This document shows positions 23,799 to 30,208 of a stretch of 30,208 bases of DNA, in pieces. How positions within the stretch are numbered: position 1 is the stretch's first letter; each line of letters starts with the position of its first letter. The notes under the pieces are model-generated. The model saw only the letters and a list, made by a program, of their open reading frames with translations. It was not told the DNA's origin and did no database searches. A program made the position numbers and the translations under genes. The stretch comes from a virus (lineage: Duplodnaviria; Caudoviricetes), in IMG/VR virus record IMGVR_UViG_3300049781_000114, positions 1 to 30,208 of that record, one strand, 5' to 3'.

Positions 23799-26342
23799 AT
23801 GGCTATTTCCTTCATCAACTCCGCTACCGTCTCTGCTTATGACCTTGACGGTACGTTCGTCGTAAACAAGCCGACGAACACCGCTCAGGGTGACGTTATG
23901 TTCACCATGGTCAACACCTTCAACGGTGCTCCGCCTAGCGTGCCTTCCGGCTGGACCCTCGTAACCAACCAGAACAACGCGACGCCTTCCGTCGGTACTT
24001 ACGTCTACTGGAAGTTGGCGGGTGGTTCAGAGCCGTCTACCTACTCTTGGGGACTTGACCCCGGCTTAGACCTAGCGGCCAATATCGCCGTTCACACTTA
24101 CCGAGGGGTGGACCCAACCAACCCGGTAGGTACGGCGGCTAAGGCAGTTTCCACTACGGCGGAAAGCCTCGCCTCTGGAAACGTCACTGTGACTACTCCT
24201 GGCTCTTGGCTTCTCGCGGTATCCGGCTGTCGTCACACCGGTACTACTGCCTGTACTTGCACCATGGCCAGCATGACGGAACGGGCAGACCTAACGGCGG
24301 CTGACACTGCTGGTAGCTTCTCGCGTTCTATGGCTACTTATGACTCCAACGGCACTGTGGCTGTAGGAACGGCTAGCCGTACAGCGGTGGTTACCGGAAC
24401 TACGGCGGCTCACACGGTAATTCTGATTCCCGTTCGGCCGGAGCTAGCTCTAGCTCAGACCCTTACCGATAACTTCGATGACAACTCCGTTGATGCCGCT
24501 AAGTGGAACAACGGTGTTTCTCCGTACACCGGAACCGTTACCGAGACCAGCGGGCGTATTCAGATCTCTGACGTAGTCGGAGGTTCCAGCCGTAAGGGAC
24601 TAGCGTCCGTAGTGCCTTACGACTTGAGGGGAAGCTACGTACAGGCTCAGATTGGAGCGGTGTTCACGGACACCACTTCTCAGATCTTCCCTCTGAGGCT
24701 GTCTGTTGACTCCGCTGGTTCTGGAACCTGGACCGGTATTCAGGTTCTCGCCGGAAACATCCGAGTCTCTGACTCTGGTGGTGTGAGTTCTTACAGCGCT
24801 ACCTACAACGCGACTAGTCACAAGTTCGTGAGGATCAGGGAATCCGGCGGAACGGTCTTCTACGACCGGTCTTCTGACGGTGTGTCCTGGACGAACATGA
24901 CGTCATTCACGACAGCGGCTCTCGGCTTCAGCGTCGCTGAAGTCTGGCTCTCCATTGAGCACTTCAACGGTGCGGCTGTCGGTAGTTCGTCTACGGCTGC
25001 TGTCGACAACTTCAACATCATCCCGGTACTCAACACATCCAACCCGACTGACGTTGAGACCCTTTCGGACTCCCTCACAAAGGCAGTCCAGAAGCCACGT
25101 AGCGCGAATGACACCGAGACGCTTGCCGACACAGTCACTAAGGCTCTCGGTCGGAACAGGTCTGCCAATGACGGAGAAGGACTCTCCGACAGCCTGTCTG
25201 TGGCTAAGGGATTTGGTAAGTCGGCTAGCGATACAGAGGGGTTGTCCGACACTCTCTCTAAGGCTCAGGGGTTCAATCGGTCTACGACCGACACCCTTGG
25301 ACTGTCTGACGCTCTGTCGGTATCCCTCGGCCGGAACGTTGCTTACTCCGATGGACTCGGTCTAAGTGACTCTGTTAACTCTGATCTAGAGGTTGGGGCT
25401 CAGGACTTCACCGTTGATCGGGCAGACGGCTTAGGTCTCTCCGACTCGGTCACCGCTTCTCGGGGCTTGTCTCGTTCGGCAACGGACGCAGAGAACCTGT
25501 CGGACAGTGCAAGTCGCGTAGCGGGATACAGCCGTAGTGCCACAGACGCTCTGAGCCTGTCTGATACGGCCGTTGCTGGCTTGTCGGTACCTCGGTCTAC
25601 CCAGGATTCCGAAAGCCTCTCTGACAGCCATACAGCGGCTCTCGGTAGGTCTGCTTCTCTGTCCGATGTTGTGGGTCTCTCCGACTCTCTATCGGTAGTC
25701 GTCCACCACGTGGTTACGGTCACGGATGCAGAGCGTCTGTCGGATATGGCAACCATCAACGGCGGCTCCGCCGTTGAGCCTGAAGACGTCCTAGGCATCA
25801 CGGATTCCCTTACTCGGGTAGCCGGATACCAGCGGACAGCAACAGAGGTACTGAACCTCTCTGACAGTCTCACTGCGGCGCGAGGAATCGGCCGGAGTAG
25901 GACGGATGCCCTCAACCTCTCCGAGAGCGTCACAGGGGCTCTCAGCCTTCCTCGCACGGCAACGGACAACATAGCTCTAGGCGACTCGGTAACCATCTCG
26001 GTTCACCGGAACCTTGAGGTATCCGACTCCGTAAACCTCAGCGATCAGACAAGCATTGATCAGGAGTTCGCTGAGATTGTCAGTGACCTGGAGGGGCTAT
26101 CCGATTCCGTCGGGTGGTCTCTGTCCATCGTCGTTGGCGATACGGCCGGACTCTCCGACAATGCGAATACCAACGGAGGAACCAAGGTTCTGGAGAGGGC
26201 AGACGTTCTTACTCTGTCCGACTCTGTGACTACGGGCCTCTACCGGACAACGGTTGAACCGCTAGAACGTAAGGCGTCTATCGGGACAAGCGAGCGTGTG
26301 TCACGAACAGAAGATTTCGAGCGGAAGTGGAGTATTGGCTAA
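23799..26342 (+). CDS. Fibre protein: two N-terminal globular (adhesin/lectin-like) domains plus 20 ~20-aa DxxxLSDS repeats
   Basis: Repeats are encoded at 25050-26225. N-terminal domains carry PSGWT..EPSTY and DNFDD..IRESGGTV..SSDG..W motifs. Confidence 0.72.
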   Translation: MAISFINSATVSAYDLDGTFVVNKPTNTAQGDVMFTMVNTFNGAPPSVPSGWTLVTNQNNATPSVGTYVYWKLAGGSEPSTYSWGLDPGLDLAANIAVHTYRGVDPTNPVGTAAKAVSTTAESLASGNVTVTTPGSWLLAVSGCRHTGTTACTCTMASMTERADLTAADTAGSFSRSMATYDSNGTVAVGTASRTAVVTGTTAAHTVILIPVRPELALAQTLTDNFDDNSVDAAKWNNGVSPYTGTVTETSGRIQISDVVGGSSRKGLASVVPYDLRGSYVQAQIGAVFTDTTSQIFPLRLSVDSAGSGTWTGIQVLAGNIRVSDSGGVSSYSATYNATSHKFVRIRESGGTVFYDRSSDGVSWTNMTSFTTAALGFSVAEVWLSIEHFNGAAVGSSSTAAVDNFNIIPVLNTSNPTDVETLSDSLTKAVQKPRSANDTETLADTVTKALGRNRSANDGEGLSDSLSVAKGFGKSASDTEGLSDTLSKAQGFNRSTTDTLGLSDALSVSLGRNVAYSDGLGLSDSVNSDLEVGAQDFTVDRADGLGLSDSVTASRGLSRSATDAENLSDSASRVAGYSRSATDALSLSDTAVAGLSVPRSTQDSESLSDSHTAALGRSASLSDVVGLSDSLSVVVHHVVTVTDAERLSDMATINGGSAVEPEDVLGITDSLTRVAGYQRTATEVLNLSDSLTAARGIGRSRTDALNLSESVTGALSLPRTATDNIALGDSVTISVHRNLEVSDSVNLSDQTSIDQEFAEIVSDLEGLSDSVGWSLSIVVGDTAGLSDNANTNGGTKVLERADVLTLSDSVTTGLYRTTVEPLERKASIGTSERVSRTEDFERKWSIG

Positions 26343-26665
26343 TGGCGCTCAACAAGGCTAAGGCAATCTCCGTTCTGTCTACCGAGTACGTACAGGTGCG
26401 GGTGTCCACCACCCTTAACGGCCTGCCTTATGACGTGACAGACGGAACGGTAGAGTTCGCGTTCGTCTCCAATGGTGAAAGCCCAACGGTAGGCGACTGG
26501 ACTACAGCGGAATGGGAGACAGCCGGACCGGACTACTACGGGCGAATCCTCGTAGGACCGGAAGGAGCGGTAACCCTAGCGGCTGGTAGCTATGAGTCCT
26601 GGATTCGAGTAACCATCGATCCCCAGACGCTCGTAGAGCCAACTGGTTCGGTACTGATCTACTAA
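26342..26665 (+). CDS. Small virion protein, possible fibre anchor (107 aa)
   Basis: ATG overlaps the previous stop (TAATG). Beta-sandwich pattern ..AGSYESWIRVT. Confidence 0.62.
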   Translation: MALNKAKAISVLSTEYVQVRVSTTLNGLPYDVTDGTVEFAFVSNGESPTVGDWTTAEWETAGPDYYGRILVGPEGAVTLAAGSYESWIRVTIDPQTLVEPTGSVLIY

Positions 26666-26677
26666 CGGCAAACAGAA

Positions 26678-26708
26678 AGGCCCGGCACCCTGATTGGGTG
26701 TCGGGCCT
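26678..26708. terminator. Bidirectional terminator between the late operon and the leftward accessory operon
   Basis: AGGCCCGGCACCC-TGATT-GGGTGTCGGGCCT between convergent stop codons. Confidence 0.85.
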
Positions 26709-26719
26709 CTCTTGTGTGC

Positions 26720-26881
26720 TTACTCGTGCGCTGCCTTGAGTGAGGCAATCTCGGAATCCTTCTCCGCCAACTGTCGCTGAACATCTGCCAATGCAGCCTT
26801 AGTCAACATGAGCTGATAGGTGGTCTGGTCTACGTGGTTTCGGTACTCGGCTAATACAGCCTCAAGACTTACGGAGTTCAT
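26720..26881 (-). CDS. Small coiled-coil protein (53 aa)
   Basis: AAGGA RBS before ATG 26881. Heptad pattern. Confidence 0.65.
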   Translation of the reverse strand: MNSVSLEAVLAEYRNHVDQTTYQLMLTKAALADVQRQLAEKDSEIASLKAAHE

Positions 26882-26891
26882 GCGTTCATCC

Positions 26892-27509
26892 TTACGGGCA
26901 AGTGGTGTCTTCCTTGGAGTAGCCGTAGCTACCAAAGGCATTCTTGGGGTCGTTGTCGTTGTAGTAGCTCACGTACATCCGGCCTACTTCTACCTTCACG
27001 GAACCGCTTGGGCGGGTGTCACACCAAGTCCTGTTCTGCTCTGTGTCATCTGCGATGAAGAATCGGTACACAGGCTTATCCGGCTTTGGCTCAGGGTTCG
27101 GCTTCACGGTCTCGGTTGGGTTTGCTGTCGGTGTGGGAGTACTCGGCTTTGGTGTAGCCGTGGCTGTAGCGGACGGCTTCTCTGGGCTCTCAGAGCCCTT
27201 CTCCGGGGAAGCCGGGGACTCGGTAGGGGCGGCTACTCCTGTAGCCGGAGAACGGCTCTCAGGGCTCTGGGGGACGTCTGTAGCTTCAAGGCTCCGATCC
27301 TTACGGGCCTGTCCCTCTTCCGCTGTCTTAGGGGCTTCATCAGATGGGCCCGGAGTATCCGGCCCCTTCATGTCCAACTGAACCTCTGGTGTTTCCGGCT
27401 TCTCGGATAGGACTCCGCCAACGCAAAGACCTGTCACACCTAGTAGGGATAGGCCGACCACGTATGGGATCAGCCTCTTGTAGATAGGTCGTGTCTTTGC
27501 GTGACGCAT
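26892..27509 (-). CDS. Membrane-anchored/secreted Pro-Thr-Glu-rich protein with a small C-terminal domain
   Basis: Basic N-terminus plus TM segment (LIPYVVGLSLLGVTGLCVGGVL), long low-complexity linker and Cys-flanked C-terminal domain. Confidence 0.72.
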   Translation of the reverse strand: MRHAKTRPIYKRLIPYVVGLSLLGVTGLCVGGVLSEKPETPEVQLDMKGPDTPGPSDEAPKTAEEGQARKDRSLEATDVPQSPESRSPATGVAAPTESPASPEKGSESPEKPSATATATPKPSTPTPTANPTETVKPNPEPKPDKPVYRFFIADDTEQNRTWCDTRPSGSVKVEVGRMYVSYYNDNDPKNAFGSYGYSKEDTTCP

Positions 27510-27512
27510 TTC

Positions 27513-27650
27513 CTATTCCTTCTCTGCCTGTACGGCTACATACATCTCTAGCTTCCAGGTTGGCGACTCGGTCTCTGCCGAGCCGTCCCCGGTAAGTGAG
27601 ATCCAATGCTCAGACTCTTCCGAGTCTGGCTCTACACGGATCTCCATCAT
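27513..27650 (-). CDS. Small acidic protein, 45 aa (MMEIRVEPDSEESEHWISLTGDGSAETESPTWKLEMYVAVQAEKE); not in the ORF track
   Basis: Fills the gap in the operon exactly. AAGGA upstream. Confidence 0.55.
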   Translation of the reverse strand: MMEIRVEPDSEESEHWISLTGDGSAETESPTWKLEMYVAVQAEKE

Positions 27651-27652
27651 GA

Positions 27653-27784
27653 TTACTTGTCCTTCTTTGGCTCTGGCTTAGCGGCAGTCTTCTTCTCGGG
27701 GTTACAAGACTCAGAGCAATACGGTCGGTACTTCCATACCGGTGCGTTCTCTCCGCATGCGATACAACGTGGGTTAAGCGGCAT
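27653..27784 (-). CDS. Small treble-clef zinc-finger protein, YacG-like (43 aa)
   Basis: CIACGENAPVWKYRPYCSESC. AGGAG RBS before ATG 27784. Confidence 0.65.
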   Translation of the reverse strand: MPLNPRCIACGENAPVWKYRPYCSESCNPEKKTAAKPEPKKDK

Positions 27785-28034
27785 CGTCGGTCTCCTGGTT
27801 CTGGTGTTTATCGGCTGCTGTCTCCCAGAGCTTCCACAGCTCTGCACGGTTAGAGTCCGGGAAGACGGTCTGTACCTCTTCCCAAGTCATGGTCCCGATT
27901 GCTCGTTCAATCGGCTCCCATACCTTCATGAACTCGGCAATGGTGAGCCGTAGTTCTGCGGTCATGTGAGTGAGTGCTTCCCGCACTCCTTCAAGGTTCG
28001 CGGTAATCCTCAGCTCTGCTTCTCCGTTGGGCAT
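27774..28034 (-). CDS. Hypothetical protein (86 aa)
   Basis: AGGA RBS. In the operon. Confidence 0.68.
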   Translation of the reverse strand: MPNGEAELRITANLEGVREALTHMTAELRLTIAEFMKVWEPIERAIGTMTWEEVQTVFPDSNRAELWKLWETAADKHQNQETDDAA

Positions 28035-28047
28035 AGTCCTAGTCCTT

Positions 28048-28224
28048 CTAGTAGGCGCGTTCTGTTACGTGCAGTCCGTGTTCCTTGAAGAGCTTTCGTA
28101 GTGCCTGCCTGATGACTTCACTGTGAGAAGTCTTCTGACGCTCGGCTAGCTCGATGATGTTCGCGTTGTCCTCTTCAGTAAGGGCGAAACTCTTCATGTT
28201 GGTCACCCTCTGAGTACCGGCCAT
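28048..28224 (-). CDS. CopG/Arc-type ribbon-helix-helix regulator, 58 aa (MAGTQRVTNMKSFALTEEDNANIIELAERQKTSHSEVIRQALRKLF...); not in the ORF track
   Basis: Strong AAAGGAGG RBS. RHH signature SFAL..LAER..S.SEVIRQAL. First gene after P4. Confidence 0.82.
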   Translation of the reverse strand: MAGTQRVTNMKSFALTEEDNANIIELAERQKTSHSEVIRQALRKLFKEHGLHVTERAY

Positions 28225-28251
28225 GTCGCCTCCTTTCCTTGTCCTAGTAGA

Positions 28252-28289
28252 ATTCTATCAACGACTAGGGTTTACGCTTTCGGCTACTC
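28252..28289 (-). promoter_or_regulatory. Phage promoter P4: GAGTAGCCGA-N22-TAGAAT
   Basis: Conserved decamer and spacing. Overlaps the xis stop codon. Confidence 0.75.
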
Positions 28290-28485
28290 AGCCACCGAGA
28301 ACCGCTACTAGAGAAGCGGTGATAACCCGAGTAGAAGAACCGAGCTTCAGTACCTTCACGGGTGCTTCTCCTACTCGGATCAGTTCGTAGAGGTGACTAC
28401 GGCTGATGCCTAGTGCTAGTGCCGCTTCTGTGACTGTGACCGTTGCTGGCCAAGCCTTGATCTCTTCTAGAGAAGGTGGGGTCAT
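28288..28485 (-). CDS. xis: Excisionase / HTH_17 DNA-binding protein
   Basis: WPATVTVTEAALALGISRSHLYELIRVGEAP. Divergent from the integrase. Confidence 0.8.
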   Translation of the reverse strand: MTPPSLEEIKAWPATVTVTEAALALGISRSHLYELIRVGEAPVKVLKLGSSTRVITASLVAVLGG

Positions 28486-28792
28486 GTCCCCTAATGGCAC
28501 CGGGGCCGATGGGGGTACGTCAAGCCAGATCAGAGACGTATCTGTTAGCAGTAGGGCTAAGAAGAAACCGCAGGTCAGAGGCTTGCGTAGTCCTAAAGAA
28601 GTTTCTTAGCCCTACCCCTAAGAGACCTACTACGGGTACTGCTACTAGTCCGGCCTGATCCAGTGCTCTAGTCGACTACCGCTAGTCAAGTAGTCGCAGG
28701 TCAGAGCCTTGATCCTAAGTGGTACTTGTAGAACCTGTGAGATGACCCGTACTCTCATGGCTGTAGTACCTGGACCGACTAGAGGAGATCAG

Positions 28793-29989
28793 GTGCCAGA
28801 CATCAAGAAGGTCCCACTCAAGGGTGGGAAGTTCCGGTATCGCTTTGTAGTGGATGCCGGACGTGATCCGGAGACGGGTAAGCGTCGTCAGGTAACGGTC
28901 ACCAAAGACACGCTGAAAGAGGCCAAGGCTGAGCTTTCTCGTATCGAGAATGAGCAGCACGTAGGGACCTACGTTCTCCCGAACCAAATCACCGTGAACC
29001 AGTGGCTTGACCAGTGGCTAGCGATGAAGGCGGAAGACCTGGAAGAGACCACCATCTACAACTACCGGATCACCCTGGACCGAGTCCGGGGAAGGCTCGG
29101 GGAAATCCTTCTCCAGGAACTCACGGAAGAGGACGTAGAAGCGTGGATGAAGTGGGCTCTCAGGAGCGGACGTGTCAGGGGCGGTAAGGCTGGAACTCCG
29201 CTCGGGGTAACGAGCGTGGACATGAGCCTTGCCCGACTGAAAGACGCTCTGAATCGGGCGGTCACGCGTCGGGTGGTTTCCATGAACGTGGCTCAGCACG
29301 TTCTGATTCCGCGTAGGGCTCGGAAAGATGAGCGGAAGACCAAGGAAGAGGTTGCTCCCTGGGACGTCAAGGAAGTCCAGACGTTCATCAACGGAATCCG
29401 GGAAGACAGGCTCTACGCTCCGCTCCTGCTTTGCCTCATGGGTCTGCGTCCGGCGGAAGTCTGTGGACTCCGTTGGGAAGACGTTGACTTGGAAGTCGGA
29501 ACGCTCCTGGTGGCCAACACCCGAACCATGATCGGCAACAAGACTGTGGTGGAAAAGGACACCAAGTCTCTGGCCGGTGAACGCGGTCTCCCGTTGCCCG
29601 CTCTGGTGTGGTCGGCTCTCCGGTCGCTAAAGGCTCTCCAGGCCAAGGAAAAGCTTGCTCTGGGTTCCGCCTATGCGGACTCCGGCTACGTCCTGGTGGA
29701 CGAGAGCGGAGAGCCCCGGAACATCAAGCAACTCCGTCGGCGGACGTACCGGATCATGGAGCTTTTGGGGCTCCGCCGGGTGCGGCTCTACGACGCTCGC
29801 GCGTCGTGTCTCACCTACCTGGCCAACAACGGGGTGCCTGATCACATCCTGGCTCGGTGGGCCGGACACACCAACGTCAAGACCACCAAGAAGTGGTACG
29901 TCAAGCCGACCGTTGAAGATCTTCGCGGAGCCGCCACAGTGTGGGACGGCTTGAGCGGATCGGGAGACGTACATACCGCACGGTCGTGA
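28793..29989 (+). CDS. int: Tyrosine integrase with N-terminal arm-binding domain
   Basis: GAGGAG RBS before GTG 28793. Arm domain GRDPETGKRRQ. Catalytic GLRPAE, RLYDAR, AGH and final Tyr (KKWY). Confidence 0.93.
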   Translation: MPDIKKVPLKGGKFRYRFVVDAGRDPETGKRRQVTVTKDTLKEAKAELSRIENEQHVGTYVLPNQITVNQWLDQWLAMKAEDLEETTIYNYRITLDRVRGRLGEILLQELTEEDVEAWMKWALRSGRVRGGKAGTPLGVTSVDMSLARLKDALNRAVTRRVVSMNVAQHVLIPRRARKDERKTKEEVAPWDVKEVQTFINGIREDRLYAPLLLCLMGLRPAEVCGLRWEDVDLEVGTLLVANTRTMIGNKTVVEKDTKSLAGERGLPLPALVWSALRSLKALQAKEKLALGSAYADSGYVLVDESGEPRNIKQLRRRTYRIMELLGLRRVRLYDARASCLTYLANNGVPDHILARWAGHTNVKTTKKWYVKPTVEDLRGAATVWDGLSGSGDVHTARS

Positions 29990-30019
29990 GCGATTGTGAG
30001 AGATGAGAGGGTGAGAGCC

Positions 30020-30208
30020 ATGAGTGAGACCACCCCATCAACCCTCCAATACCGCTTTGACGGGCCAGAACAGGCACCAGTACTGATCTTGGGACCCTCA
30101 CTTGGTACAACATGGCACATGTGGGACCGCCAGATCCCCGAGCTGATCAAGCAGTGGCGCGTCTTCCGGTTCGACCTGCCCGGCCACGGCGGCGCCCCCG
30201 CGTACCCG
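30020..30208 (+). CDS. Host 3-oxoadipate enol-lactonase (PcaD/PcaL-type alpha/beta hydrolase), 5' part, runs off the window
   Basis: MSETTPSTLQYRFDGPEQAPVLILGPSLGTTWHMWDRQIPELIKQWRVFRFDLPGHG matches the N-terminus of this family. Confidence 0.85.
   Translation, partial: MSETTPSTLQYRFDGPEQAPVLILGPSLGTTWHMWDRQIPELIKQWRVFRFDLPGHGGAPAYP
30107..30125. other. Probable att core (prophage right junction), ACA-TGGCACA-TGT
   Basis: Imperfect palindrome ACATG-GCA-CATGT (30110-30122) at the point where third-position GC jumps to 100%. GTGAG/TGTGAGA arm-like repeats at 29986-30030. Confidence 0.55.

Larger units (their letters stand above)
1..30122. mobile_element. Integrated temperate siphovirus prophage (left end outside the window)
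   Basis: Complete packaging, head and tail modules, replication gene, xis/int, and a composition shift at the junction. Confidence 0.95.

Noticed and set aside
25050-26225. Diversity-generating retroelement or DNA tandem repeat in the fibre gene
   Set aside because: No reverse transcriptase and no adenine-specific TR/VR pair. The repeats are conserved only at protein level.
523-27240. Additional GAGTAGCCG near-matches (523, 2618, 15478, 26917, ~27230)
   Set aside because: They lie inside coding regions, and the four I checked have no -10-like hexamer at the 22-nt spacing.
29779-29805. Integrase inactivated because HxxR reads YDAR
   Set aside because: The other catalytic residues and the reading frame are intact, and Tyr at this position is a variant I recall in actinomycete integrases.

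Overview
The window is the right-hand ~30 kb of an integrated, low-GC (by eye ~58%) siphovirus-type prophage in an actinomycete, probably Streptomyces. The host call rests on the flanking pcaD/pcaL-type enol-lactonase gene. Left to right it contains: small leftward early genes; a primase-polymerase/helicase with an RHH gene; a rightward Lsr2-like gene; three Cys/His zinc-finger genes; an iteron-like repeat cluster (probable origin); small and large terminase; a head-neck-tail operon with a -1 tail-chaperone frameshift; a repeat-fibre module; a leftward accessory operon; excisionase; tyrosine integrase; and the att junction inside the 5' end of the host gene. No CI repressor or endolysin is visible. 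The most notable unannotated structures are four. (i) A five-copy phage promoter, GAGTAGC(C/G)GA-N22-(-10 hexamer). (ii) One copy drives a ~170-nt multi-branched candidate ncRNA between terminase and portal. (iii) A shifty stop (TCC TTT TGA) could extend Lsr2 by 76 aa via a +1 frameshift. (iv) The phage appears to supply a recoded 5' end for the host gene it interrupts. All functional calls come from motif recognition by eye; no searches were run.
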